Part shown: in pieces, positions 13,830 through 26,130 of the stretch
Position numbering within the stretch: the stretch's first letter is position 1
How the letters are laid out: each line of letters begins with the position of its first letter
NCBI GenBank assembly: GCA_965153285.1
Contig: OZ229115.1
DNA length: 64,000 nucleotides
Direction: 5' to 3' (one strand)
Source of the DNA: Podarcis tiliguerta
Taxonomy: Eukaryota
Notes under the pieces: generated by a model
Databases searched by the model: none
The model's input: the letters and a program-made list of their open reading frames with translations, nothing else
What the model was told of the DNA's origin: nothing
Position numbers and translations under genes: made by a program

Positions 13830-14874
13830 AGGTCAAGCTTCTGACTTGAAATTGGGTGTCCCAATTTCAAGGCTTTGTTCCCCTCTTACAGTGCTGCCCT
13901 GGCAGTGAGTGAGAGTGGCAACAGCAGATTGCAGAGGCCACGCAGGGTCTGAGACTTACCTGCCATCCACGCAGTGGATTGGACTCTCCAGGGTTGGTTC
14001 TTTGGATCAGATCTGCATGGATCTTGCCTCTCTTCCCCTCGCAATTTGGTGATCTGCAAGCTTGATGGTCCGGCCTGATGATGTCATTCACCAGGGCACC
14101 TTTGAGAGAGACGGGGGGGGGGAGGCAGGGATTAAAAGGGCTGCAGTGCAGATTGGAGCTGGCAACAGCAATGGTTGAGTCCTGAGCAACTAGCAAGATG
14201 GATGAGAGGGCAGGAGGAAAGGGAACGAGGGCTGATGCTAGGGTCTCATCCGGTTATGTGTGAGGTAATGAAGAGATGGCAGTAGTGCCTCTGAGCATGC
14301 ACTGAGTAAGTGTGCACCTATTTTCTCCACCACCCTTTCCCCCCAGTCAGAAACACCTTGCATTCCTCAGATGAAAATGTCCTGATTTTCATCTGAGTGA
14401 TGTTGGAAGGTATGAATTAGTGTTTTATTAGTTCCTTTTCTCTCCATCTCCTAGCTATCACTCTGCCCAAGCCTTTTGTATTCAAACATTTCCCTGATGC
14501 ATCTGGGCCTCCATTTCACCCTGCCATATCCCTAAAAACACTCTTATACAGCAACAGTAGTTCTCACCTCCTCCATCTAGCCCCGCCACTATAATGAAGT
14601 GTAAGCTACTGACCCAGGCCTCAGGCATTGGTTGCCATAGGGAGCATGTGTTTGTGAAACATGTGAATGGAGGAGACATGTGCACTAGGACACGTCAACA
14701 TGTGCAGGCTTGGTAACAATCTAAAAATATATTCCCAGCCCTTCCAAATGTTCTATTATTCTCATGCTGAATTGAGACCTGACCAAGGGTCAATTCTCAT
14801 ATAATGAGAGTGGCACCATTGCTGCTTCCCATACCCCTTTAACACAGGCAGGACATGCTAAAACAGGCTAATAC

Positions 14875-14958
14875 TGTCAGGTGTGTGTGCAGGAGCCAGG
14901 CCCTGTGACCAATAGGACTCTGCAGGACTGGAGCCTTCCTAAGTTTGTTCTGAAGAGG
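14875..14958 (+). repeat. Truncated 5' LTR
   Basis: Matches 16340-16418 with 4 substitutions and 2 small indels, then similarity stops abruptly. Confidence 0.92.
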
Positions 14959-16301
14959 CAAGGCGCGGCAGCAGGATCCGTTCACCAAAGCCTGGTTGGA
15001 TACTAGCCCAGTGCCTTCGGGACTGGGGGGTGCGCCGCTTGATGTCCGGGATGGGTGTGTGTATCATCGCAGCCGGCTCTACATTCCAGAGGGGCCGCTA
15101 CGGACCCAGGTCCTTGAGCAGTGCCATGATGCATGAACTGCCAGACATGGGGGATACGCGAAGACACTGCAGCTATTGGCCTGAGCTTTCTGGAAGCCAG
15201 GGATTCGGGCGGACATTAAGAAGTACTTGCAGACCTGTGAGACTTTTGATCGGACCAAGGTGCCACGGCAGAGACCCTTGGGGCTCCTCCAGCCATTACC
15301 CACCCCCACAGGCCATGGTCAACACTTTCTATGGACTTCATCGTGGACCTCCCTGTGTCCAAAGGACAGTTGGTCATTCTGGTGGTGGTGGAGTCACTCA
15401 CCAAGATGGCACACTTCATCCCAGCTCGAAGCCTCCCCACAGCGCAACAGACAGCCCACTTGTTTCTTGAACCCATGTTCTGGCTACATGGGCTCCCGGA
15501 TGCAGTGATCTCCGATAGGGGTCCCCAGTTCATGTCCCGGTTCTGGGCGGCCTTCCTCAAGAGACTGGGTATTGAGAGGCGCCTCTCTTCCGCATACCAC
15601 CCTCAAACACATGGCCAGAAGAGAGGGTTAATCAAGTCCTGGAGCAATGTCTCCACTAGTTCCTGAGCTACCATCAGGACAATTGGGTGGACCTTCTGCC
15701 ACTGGCTGAGTTTGCCTATAACAACACCTGCCATGCCTCCACGGGACAGAGCCCTTTCTACGCTAACTACCGGCGGCATCTCTCGTGCCTTCCGCCAATG
15801 ATCGGGTCTCCCACATCCAGGAAACACAAGCTGACCTGATACGGCACCTAGAGAGAGCCAAGACAGATTATAAGGCGCAAGCGGATCAACAGCGCCAGCA
15901 GGGGCCCGCGTTCCAGGTTGGGGATAAGGTCTGGCTGTCGTTGGAGCACCACCGCACTGGACGTCCGTCGGCTAAGGTGGACCAGGGACCACTCACCACC
16001 CTGCAGCAGATCAATCCGGTCTCCTACAAGTTGGAGCTTCCCCCCTCCCTGAAGATCCACCCAGTGTTTCACGTATCCCAGCTGAAGCATTGCCCCACTG
16101 CCAGTCCAGGTTGACGGCCATGATGAGTTCCAGGTCGCCCAGATTCTGGACTCGAAATGGCTCCGTGGCAAGCTCTACTGTCTAACTGACTGGGTGGGCT
16201 ACGGGCCAGAGGAACGATCGTGGGAGCCGGCCGACTTCGTGCACACGCCCACCAAAGTACGGGCCTTCCATCGGAGGTTCCCAGACAAGCCTGGGCCATG
16301 A
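14959..16301 (+). pseudogene. Gypsy pol remnant: integrase (Zn finger, DDE core, GPY/F region) plus chromodomain, frameshifted
   Basis: [68 protein letters not shown], then EFQVAQILDS...DWVGYGPEERSWEP; stops and frameshifts present. Confidence 0.95.
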
Positions 16302-16339
16302 CCGGGGATGGAACCCCATTTTCCTATGGGGGGGAGTAC

Positions 16340-16743
16340 TGTCAGGTGTGCGTGCAAGAGCCAGGCCCTGTGACAATAGGACTCTGCAGGATTGGGGCCT
16401 AAGTTTGTTCTGAAGAGGTGAGGCCAATTGGTAACTCACAGCACCTGGTGGCAAGAGCAGGGAAGGGATATAAGGTCAGCATTTTCCCTTCAGCTCTTTG
16501 GCATAACATGTTCCCTGCCTTTCTGCATTTGACTCCTTGACTCTCGGACCCTTGACTTCGTGACTCCTTGCTTCCTGACCGTCGGACCCTTGGCTTCTTG
16601 ACTCCCGGATCTCTAACCCTCAGAATCTAGGCTTTTTGACTCCTGTCTTCTGGACTCCCGTACCTGCTCCCACCCCGCTATCTTGCCCCTGGTCCCAACA
16701 TCCCCAGCCGGGACTTCGATTGCCCGTGAACCGGACCGTGACA
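16340..16743 (+). repeat. Complete 3' LTR (404 bp)
   Basis: TGTCAG...GTGACA; TATAA near 16468; internal short GACTCCTTG/GACCCTTG repeats. Confidence 0.92.
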
Positions 16744-17022
16744 AATACCATAAAATTGGCTTTTGGGTGTTCTGCCCCAGAGTCTTACCAGGTAATAACT
16801 CACAGAACCTCTCTACCTGCTTAGGAATTTTTCAGATGTAGCTTCTACATCCCTGCTCTTCACAAAATATTATCTTCCTCACACTTTCCATCTCCTATGG
16901 AACAGCACAAACATCCTGCTTGTTTAAGTAGGCAGGAGAGGAGAATGGGTGCAAGAGCCAGGGGAAGAATGGGATGGTGAATCTGCATTCCCCTTGTGGT
17001 TGAAGGAGAAAGAAGAGTATTC

Positions 17023-17632
17023 TAGACCCTCCAAGTGTCCCTATTTTCCAGGGACAGTCCCTCATTTACAGAAGTCATCCTGGTTTCTGATTTTATCCCA
17101 GAATGTTCCACTTTTCCTTAGGACGTCCCTATTTTAATCGGATAAATGTTGGCAGCTATGGAGTTATGCTACCCCCCCCCCAAGCCAAGAAGATAAGAAA
17201 CTATACAGCTTTTAGAAGATATTGGAAGGCAGCCATGTATAGGGAAGTTCTTAACCTGAGGTACCACTTTAGTTAATGGGGCCTCCTGCTACCGCCGCGT
17301 GATTTCTGTTCTCATCCTGAAGCAAAGTTCTTAACCCAAGGTACTATTTCTGGGTTAGAAGAGTCTGTAACCTGAAGCGTCTGTAACCCAATACCTCAGT
17401 TTAAGAACAGCCCTGTTTACAAACTATTCAGTTTACGAACTCCACAAAACCAGAAGTAGTGTCCCAGTTTGCAAACTTTACCTCGGTCTAAGAATGGAAG
17501 CCGAAGGGTGGAAGGGCACTGGTGGCGGGAGGCCACATTAGGGAAAGCGCACCTCGGTTTAAGAACGGGTTCGGTTTAAGAACAGACTTCTGGAACGGAT
17601 TAAGTTTGTAAACCAAGGTACTGTGCCACTGT
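17023..17632. mobile_element. Composite of DNA-transposon remnants: CCCTCCAAGTGTCCC element, inverted mariner-type MITE piece and second MITE
   Basis: 17023-17248 parallels 57102-57288; 17246-17389 is the reverse complement of part of 3451-3662; 17391-17632 is a related MITE ending ...CCACTG-TA. Confidence 0.8.
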
Positions 17633-18449
17633 AGTGAGAAGGAGCAAAGAGTGTTACAATATCACAGGTTTCTTTTGCTATGACATACCACATAATAAAG
17701 ATGCATGAGACCAAGAATAATGGCACAATCCAGCTCATTCTAACTTTAAATCTGTAAATGCCTGAGTCACATATACACTCCTTCTTATTCAAGCATTTTA
17801 ACAATTTTGCACTTAATGTACAAGGAAAAATACCATCAAATAATTCAGTCCACTACTTTAACATGTTCTTGAATAAAAGGCCCAGTTTAGTTGCATGTTT
17901 CCCAATATTCACATACCACTGAAACATCCTCTTCTCTCCCTTCCAGATCACCCTTTTTAGCATGCTTTAGCTGAATCTGTGCAGCCTCTTTTCAATCTTT
18001 CAATCTTTCAGTCTTTGTTTTCCTCACTTCTATAATGTTTCATTCCTTTCATATTTTTTTAGCTTTTTCTCACTCCCTCTTGATTCTCTTAATGTCTTCT
18101 GCATTTTATCTGTAGTTTGCCTTCTGCATTCATACCTAATGCAATCGCACTCTTAGAAATTCTCTCTAGCGGCATATCTGAGACACTTTGAAGGTAAATT
18201 ATATCTATAAAGCAAGGTCCCTGGAGACTTTAAAAGCCCATTTCTCTTCTATTAGACTGAATAGAAATACTCATGAGCAAGTAAAAGCGACCACTTCCTT
18301 TCACAAATAATTCAGCATTCTACCTCAAGGGCTGTGGGGCAAAGAGGGAACCAGAAATGGATGTACCCACAAATTTACATTGCTCTAATCATCACACAAG
18401 ACTGATAACACCCAATAATGGCTGTTTATGAAAGTACTTTGTACCTGCT

Positions 18450-18928
18450 CAGTGGCATAGCTAGCCGCTTGGGTGCCCGGGGGGCAGGGCGAGCTGCCCA
18501 TGGGGGCGGGGTGAGCCATCCATGGGGCAGGGCAAGCCGCCTATTGGGGGGCAAGCCAAGGCAGGGCGCGCTGCATGGAGCCTCTCCACAACCTCCCCCT
18601 CAACTGTAGGGTGGCTGAGGCGGTGGGCAGATGGAAGCCCCACGCTGCTGTTTCAGGCAGCGCCTGGAGCCTGCAGGCACCCAAGCAACCACGTCACTCC
18701 CAGGAGAGACGCACAGCTCGGGCATGCTGCAGGCCCCGTGGTAAGTGCCGGCCCCCGTGGTATGGCACCCAGTGCCAGCCGTGTTTCGTTGTGTTTGTTG
18801 ACTGAATTAAAAAGTTTAGTGAGCCCAATTTTTTAAAAACCCCTCACATTTTTGTCATTTTGTCACCCTCCTCAGTGATGACACCCGGAACAGCCCACAC
18901 CCATCACACACCCCTTCCTACGCCACTG
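18450..18928. mobile_element. Non-autonomous hAT DNA transposon
   Basis: TIRs CAGTGGCATAG / CTACGCCACTG; 8-bp TSD TACCTGCT / TACTTGCT; GC-rich interior with internal direct repeats. Confidence 0.88.
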
Positions 18929-20105
18929 TACTTGCTTATATGTCTGGCAGGCTGGGCAACAAATATCCCATGGCTTACATACAACACAAGCAACACTTAT
19001 GTATAGCCAGAGCTCCTGTTATTATCCCAAGAATGCCAAACTTCATTTTTCTAAAAGTCACATTCTAGTCCTCATGGTTAAAGAGAAAAGATGGAACATG
19101 TGATGTTAATAAAAAGTAAAGAATCTGAAACATTAAACAAAAAGGCTACAAGTCATTTGTACTTATGCTCTAGTGATTTTTAAATTCCTACATTTTTAAG
19201 ATCAGAGGATTTCACCACCACCACCACCACAGCCATTCTTTACAACCAGGCTCATTCACATAAAGAAGGCATCCTGCAGCATTTCCTCACTGAAGCTGTC
19301 ACATAAGCCACTGTTCCAGCACTGTAGTCTGGTATAATAGTAGCTCTTGCATTCTGCAAATGTTAGTGACCTGAAGCTACAATTGCAGTTCACCTGTGAG
19401 CTATTTCTCTGAAAGTGAGGTCTGGTTCGTCATTTGCCTCCCTCACTCTCCTTTGCTGTGGGAGTAGTTCTGTTTTCCCAAGGCAAATCCACAACTGATC
19501 TGTTCTTCCCAAATCAGAAGTAAATGTGCAAAGGTACAAAATGGCATAGTCTGTTAGCTAGATGTCCTTTAGGCATCATCGGGAGAAAATATTCTTGGTA
19601 TATTGTAGGCCATTTTTGTGGGGGCGTGGGGATGTTCATGAAAGTGAAAGAACACCACTTATAGCCTATAGTTTCCAGCTAAAACCACTCCAATGTCAAT
19701 CATTTAGGATTGACAACCTCTTAGAACCTGTCAGCACAATTGGAGATTTTGGCAAGAGTGACCTGGGCACCAACCATTCTGATGGCTCTTCCCCCTCCCG
19801 CAACTCCCCCCCCCCGAAAGACGAAATGTGTGTGCATGCACACAGACACACACATACACCTTAATCCAGATTGTTGCACCATGGCAGTGCTGAAAAGCAC
19901 TGAATATATAATTTTTACAATTAAGTAAATTAAGGCAAATGTGATTTGTGATTTGAAGCCAGAGGTCCATTTCCTTATCTGTGCTCGTAAAGCTAAAAAA
20001 AAATAGAAACTTGGGTTTGCACAAGAGCAGTTCAAGCCAGGAAAGGATTTGGAGTTGTTCCCATGCCAATTTGTTTCCTCCCCATTACCTTTCACACCTC
20101 TTGTA

Positions 20106-20452
20106 AGGTAAAGGTAAAGGGACCCCTGACCATTAGGTCCAGTCATGACCTACTCTGGGGTTGCAGCGCTCATCTCGCTTTATTGGCTGAGGGAGCCGGC
20201 GTACAGCTTCCGGATCATGTGGCCAGCATGACTAAGCCGCTTCTGCCAAAACAGAGCAGCGCACAGAAACACTGTTTACCTTCCCACCAGAGCAGAACCT
20301 ATTTATCTACTTGCACTTTGACGTGCTTTCGAACTGCTAGGTTGGCAGGAGCAGGGACCGAGCAACGGGAGCTCACCCCGTTGCGGGGATTCGAACCACC
20401 GACCTTCTGATCGGCAAGTCCTAGGTTTAACCTACAGCGCCACCCGCAACCC
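20106..20452 (-). mobile_element. Sauria SINE (full length)
   Basis: (ACCTTT)n tail on the - strand, tRNA-like head; 13-bp TSD CACACCTCTTGTA; homologous to 41095-41463. Confidence 0.92.
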
Positions 20453-20604
20453 CACACCTCTTGTACTGCAAGGCTAATTTTTATTTTTAAATGTTTTTGT
20501 GCAAGAGGAATTCTGTGAAAAGGAGCTGCTTAACAAAATTAAGATACACATAAAGGACAGTCTGCATCCTTTCCTTTGGGTTGACAGAAACAAAAAGTGG
20601 CTTC

Positions 20605-20735
20605 TTGTTGTTGTTTAGTCGTGTCTCACTCTTCGTGACTCCATGGACCAGAGCATGCCAGGCACTCCTGACTTCCACTGCCTCCCGCAGTTTGGTCAAA
20701 CTCAAGTTGGTAGCTTAAAGAACACTGTCCAACCA
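20605..20735 (-). mobile_element. RTE-BovB LINE 3' end
   Basis: Encodes MSLTKLREAVEVRSAWHALVHGVTKSETRL, BovB-like C-terminus, with (CAA)n tail. Confidence 0.88.
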
Positions 20736-20837
20736 TTCTAAGTAGATTCTAAGTAGAAGGCTTAGGGTAAAAAAACAGCTGGTGCCAGGAAGATATCTGG
20801 CTGGGAAAGAAAATTGGAGCTATCAAGTTTCTTCCTC

Positions 20838-21090
20838 CAGTGTGGTGTAGTGGTTAAGAGCGGTAGTCTTGTAATCTGGGGAACCAGGTTCGCGTCTCCG
20901 CTCCTCCACATGCAGCTGCTGGGTGACCTTGGGCCAGTCACACTTCTTTGAAGTCTCTCAGCCCCAACTCACCTCACAGAGTGTTTGTTGTGGGGGAGGA
21001 AGGGAAAGGAGAATGTTAGCCGCTTTGAGACTCCTTAAAGGGAGTGAAAGGCGGGATATCAAATCCAAACTCTTCTTCTTCTCTTCTTCA
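20838..21090 (+). mobile_element. tRNA-derived SINE with CORE-like body and (TTC)n tail
   Basis: Box A TGGTGTAGTGG, box B-like GGTTCGCGTC, GTGACCTTGGGCCAGTCAC core, CCGCTTTGAG 3' part. Confidence 0.85.
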
Positions 21091-23999
21091 GTACACGGTT
21101 CCCTTCCTCCTGCCTGACTGCTGGTTTGAATTTGAAGATTAGTTTGAAGATTCAAATTTTATTCTTTCTCTTTTGTGGTGTTAGTGTTTTCACCTTACTT
21201 TCTGATGTTTTAAGATGTGCCCCCTCACTTTTGGTATCAGAGCTGAGCTGAAGGGGAGGGGCATCATAAAACAGTGAGGTACATAGCTAAGGCAGGGGAT
21301 GGAGTATATTTTGCTCCCCAAACTTCTTTTAGAGTAAAAGGTTAATCTTCTCACCACCACTACCCTACTTTATATTCGAACTTTCACTGAGCATTTAATA
21401 CACATGTGTGCATTTGGTTAGGCCCTTAGTCTCTTCAACTTTCTGCCACCTGCTATTTCCTCAGCTCCTTTGAATGTGTACGCTCTTTCTGCGTATACTC
21501 AGGTGTGTACTCACTTTCTTTAGGCAACTTGACCAGTTTTGCACTCCTACCAAGAACACACAAGCTCTTTCCCCTTTCATTAGCTCATTTTTTATCTCAT
21601 TCTTCTAAACCATCTTTTTCTGTTCTTGTTTTCCTTAGACCCCTCTCTGCCTTATCCAACCTTCCCTCAGCTTTCCATTTCTGTAATACCTTCCTTTAGC
21701 CTCCATGTGTTCAGGCTGCTTACCTGTGAGTGCTGCTTCCTCCTGGGACCTCTTCCTGCTGAGCTTTCCAGTCCACATTCTCCATGTGAGAGATTATGTT
21801 TTGTTTTGTTTACTTCATCTGGCAAAGTTGGAGCAATATGAAGCCACAGCCTAATAATCTCCCTCAGTGGATGGAATGTTCACAGAAACTGTTAAACCTC
21901 ACAGTAGCTCAGCCAACTCAGGAGCCAGAGGCTTCATTGCCACTGCTTTCAAAATTGACACAAAACCTCTTAGAAATGCACCACAGAATTGATTGTCCAC
22001 ATTTAAAACTGGGATTAGAGAAGGCTGATAAACTAATGTAGCTTAGCCAAAAATAAAAATGCATAAATCCACAGAATAAAAAAGAGATATGGCTCATGTA
22101 GTTCAGCCCTGAAGTACAAACATAGCCAAAGAAAGAACACTTTGAATTAATTGGTTTAAAATATGCATTTGCTCAAATAAAGGTATTATTTCAAACAAGA
22201 AAACATTACTGTAAAATCAGATTGCAATCGATTCAATTTGTTCCACATAGAAGGTTCAGATATGATCCAAATCTAGGGGGTGGGGGAAAACTCTCCTACC
22301 CCTTGCCACTTAAAGTAATATTTTCATTTATTAGTTTCGCCGAAGGCAGAAAGTTCCTCTCACTCATTCTGGCTATGATTGTGTCTGAGAGCAGGAATAA
22401 TTCTGGTCCCTTCAAACAGCTGTCTACTGCTGCCCTCTTGCTGGTTTTTAATAAGTAATCTCCAGCCAGGAGCAGCCATGGTAACAATAAATGTGTCACC
22501 AGCCTTACATGCTTCCTTTGGTGGTGATTCTAGACCATTTATCATCATAAAAAATGGCTTGTGTCATCCTGAATGATATTAAAAGTTGCTCCAGGACTTT
22601 AGTAATGAAACAGCGTGCCTGCCAGACCTATGGAGAAGCTGAGAACACACAGCGTTTCCCTCACAGCTAGTCGTCAGTCATCTGCTTGCTCTCTCAGGAT
22701 AACCAAAGTTTTTTAGACCGTGTCTATGGAAGTCTTTGGAGACCAGCCAGCAACATTTTATTAACTTGTCTTTATTTCTTCTGATCCAAAATTTGCGGGT
22801 GCTACTGTCTCAAACCTTAGGAGTTCCCAAGAATAACTGACATTTCTCATCAGTGGCTGAGAGGTTTTCCGGAAAATTTCCCAGCAATTCTACTGGTTCA
22901 ATAGGACCATCCTAATTAAATGCTGGGAAAGGAGAATTTGACTCACATGGTCATTGGGGTCTGACCTGGGCAACCTTGCCAAACAAGTGGCTCACTAGGA
23001 CATACAGTTATTTTTGTTTTATAGCCCAAACCATCCATGTGACTCAGGATAGATTATAATTTTAAGTAAGTACATGGATCCCTGTCCTTCTAGGACTTGC
23101 ATCAGTGTCTATTGCTGGTGACAGCGCTGTTTCTGGTGGTTAATGCTTTTTTCAGCCATGGCATGCTAATGTGAGTAAAGAGTCTCTATAAATATGACAA
23201 GCATGCTTGGTTTTTCCTCAGGATTAGAGATACCCAACGTAGCCGGAGGGGTGTATTGGTCTTCCCTCAGAAGGTGATTTGGTATCACCCTAGAATCAGA
23301 TCTCTGCCCAGAATAAATCTTCAGTTCTAGGCAAGATTTTAAAAGACAACTGTATTGTTTCAAACAAAGGGGTCATTTTCAACATGTATTAATATTAAAA
23401 TAAGCCCAGTAAGAAAGGCATCAGTTCAGTTAGTGATGTGGGCTTACTGGCGGGGGGGGGGGGGATAAATTGTGAAAATTTCCATAAACATTTCTGGAAA
23501 GTTTTCCACAACCCTAAATCAGCTGGTGTTTGATTTTGCATGTAGATTTAAAGGTAGTAAACATATGAAAATTGTATGCTGCATTATTTTTATGAGCTGT
23601 CCACTCAGAAGTGAGTCCTATTAAATTACGTAGGGCTTATTACCAGATAAATAGGGTTAGGCTGTTTGTGGCAGAAAACTGAAGAACAATTGAACCCAAT
23701 AATAAACATGAAGATGAATGGCTGCAATACTGCCCATGCTTACATTGGAGCAAATTCAAATGAAACCCGTGAGATAAGTAAACATGGCTAGAACTGGGCT
23801 CTACATTTCCCTGCCTGTTAGTAGTACCCCTTTCTCGCCATGGGTCTGGTGCTGCCTTACCCTATGCCAAATGATATCTTGTTACTGGCAAACCAGAATT
23901 TATTCTGGAATGCATTATGCCTTAAATTCATGTTCCTCATAATCAACAGATGAGACTGCCTGGTAGATAACACAGTGAAAGGACAGTGCTCTTGTGCTT

Positions 24000-24103
24000 A
24001 AATCCTGCTTGCTGGCTTCCCACAGCCATCTGGATGGCCACTGTGAGAACAGGATGCTAGACTAGATGGACCGTTGGCCTGATCCAGCAGACTCTTCTTA
24101 TGT
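24000..24103 (+). mobile_element. SINE/CR1-type 3' tail fragment
   Basis: GGCCACTGTGAGAACAGGATGCTAGACTAGATGGACC...TTCTTATGT. Confidence 0.6.
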
Positions 24104-24534
24104 CTGTAAGGCCAGTCTACGGATATTAGTCTCTCTCTGGAAACCATTCAAAGATTAGATATCATATAATTAAAGATTAACAGTCCCAGCCTCTGCTAGG
24201 TTCACTTTTAAGAGTAATATAGAAAGAAACATTTGGGCAATTGTTGGTTTCTGTAACTCTATTGCCCCTGGTGTGATTCTGTCTGTCATGCATCTCTTAG
24301 AGGCGGCCAAAGTAGGGTCCTCCTGATGCTGGTGGAGCACAACTGGCATCACCCCTAACCATTGGCCACTCTGGCTGGGGATGATGGGATCGGTAATCCC
24401 ACAATATCTGGAGGGCTGTAGGTTCCCTATCTCTTATTTAGTCTGGACACCTGTGCAGAAAAAAGCCTTCTCCCTCCAGTAACCCCTGGCTAACTTCCAA
24501 ATTGTTACTAAATTATTACCGGTATGTACAACAT

Positions 24535-24670
24535 GCCTCTCCCTTCTTCATTGGATGTTTTTAAACAGAGGTGGCCATCTCTCTGGGATTCCTTAGTTGT
24601 GACTCCTGAGTCGCAGGTTGTTGGACTAGATGACCCTTGGAGTCCCTTCCAGCTTTACGATTCTACGATT
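24535..24670 (+). mobile_element. CR1 LINE 3' end
   Basis: GGACTAGATGACC...GTCCCTTCCAGC and (ATTCTACG) octamer tail. Confidence 0.8.
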
Positions 24671-24879
24671 GGTAAAACAATAAACAATACAGATTTGCCA
24701 TCTCGCCAGTTTAAAACCGAGCCGTGTTGGAATTGGGCTCCAGCGTCAGCGCTGAGAAGTAAATAAAGGAACGACAGTAATTTCTCCTTGCGTCGAGGAA
24801 ATTCAACCAACATGTTTTCGCTTTCAATGCTTAAGTAAAATGAAAAGCAGACGTACAAAATAATAACAGGGTATCGCGC

Positions 24880-26130
24880 ACGCTGCTGTCCCCTATATCA
24901 ACAAACCCTTATGCCGCTTCTCCTTTCAATATGAAAACGGTTATTAGATAACCCCCTCACCAACGGTGGAGACTCCCTCCCTCCCTCAGCGTCTCCCCAC
25001 AAACACAAAGTCTGCTTAACGACAAGACTCCCTTCCTCACTGATTGGCTATTCTATGGTCGAGCCGATTCACACACTTCTCCTTGCTGACTGGATCGGAA
25101 CTATAATTACAGTACGTGAATCTCGTTGTGGGCGGAGACCGCTTGGGAATATGGAGTAAGGGGCGGAAAAAAAGGGAGCGAGAGAAAGACGGAGCGGTTT
25201 CTTTACTAACTCGAGCGGAGGGGGCGGCCTATGGTCGAACAAACAAAGTCGCAATATCGCCTCGCGCAGCCGTAAAATAGCGTCGGAACTACTTTCACGG
25301 CAGGGGGCACTAATCCGACCAGTCGTCGCGGCGGCGAAGGGGGGGGCCTGACGGCGGACGAGACTTTTGTGATTGGCATTGCAGATAGCCTATGAGACGG
25401 TAACGCCGATCCAGGCGGTCGTGGGGATTGGACTGTGACTGGGAAGCGCCCCCGACGCAACCGGGAGGGGGCGGAGCATAGGACGGTTTCGGCCCCAGGC
25501 TAATACTCGAGCCTTGGGCCTTGGCAAAGACGGAGGTGGTGCTTGTATGCACGTAGGTGAGTACGAATTAAGGGGGCTTTCTTGGGGGAGCCGTGGCAGT
25601 GCCGGGGGCGGGCGGCGGACTGACTGACTGAGCCGCGAGGGTAGCGAGAACGGGGGAGTGGGAAGCGAGGCGGGTCCGGGTGGGGCCCCTCTCGGTTGGC
25701 CTGAAGTCGCGTTTGAGGAACGGGCACCGTCGAGAGCAGCGGAAGACCGTCCTTTCGGGTGGGAGTGGATGGAGGGTGGGCTCCCCTCTCCGCTGGATTG
25801 ATCTCTCTCGGGGCTCAGAGCCGCGCCGTGTGGTGCCAGGCCCTGGCTTCATGAGTGGAAGGGGTGAGGGACGGCCGGTCTCGCCGCCTCCGCGCACAAG
25901 CGAGCGAGCCGATTTTCCTCGCCTCCCCTAGGCCGGGTTTTGTAACCGCAGGCGCAGCCCGAGGCAGCCCTGGGCGCCCCTACAAAGATGAGTGCTGTTA
26001 AGCCCCTCACGTCTCGCAGCGACGGGCGCAGCTTCCTTTCTTCTCCTGGAGAGTCAGGCCTCCCTCCCGTGTGTACAAAACCAAACAGGCCCGGCCCATC
26101 AAACAGTGCCGCACGTGCCCCTGTCAAGGA
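24880..26130 (+). promoter_or_regulatory. CpG-island promoter of KDM4A
   Basis: Only extended CpG/GC-rich non-repeat segment in the window. Contains several GGGCGG boxes, reverse CCAAT boxes (GATTGG near 25042, 25371, 25426) and ZNF143-like GGAACTA(C/T)... motifs near 25097 and 25286. Lies directly upstream of the first coding exon. Confidence 0.9.
25300..25556 (+). other. KDM4A: Probable non-coding exon 1 of KDM4A (start approximate)
   Basis: Consensus donor TAG|GTGAGT at 25556/25557 inside the CpG island. The TSS cannot be fixed from sequence. Confidence 0.65.

Larger units (their letters stand above)
14875..16743 (+). mobile_element. Ty3/Gypsy chromovirus LTR retrotransposon, internally deleted
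   Basis: TGTCA...TGACA termini; 5-bp TSD AATAC (14870-14874, 16744-16748); polypurine tract just before the 3' LTR; integrase and chromodomain remnants. Confidence 0.96.

Noticed and set aside
15030-16301. Domesticated Gypsy-derived gene (RTL/GIN-like)
   Set aside because: Multiple frameshifts and stops, and retained LTRs and TSD, indicate a decaying insertion.
16530-16660. CRISPR-like short repeats
   Set aside because: Degenerate 8-9 bp repeats inside an LTR in eukaryotic DNA; no repeat-spacer architecture.
20838-20910. Possible tRNA gene
   Set aside because: The A/B boxes continue into a SINE body and microsatellite tail; no clean cloverleaf.
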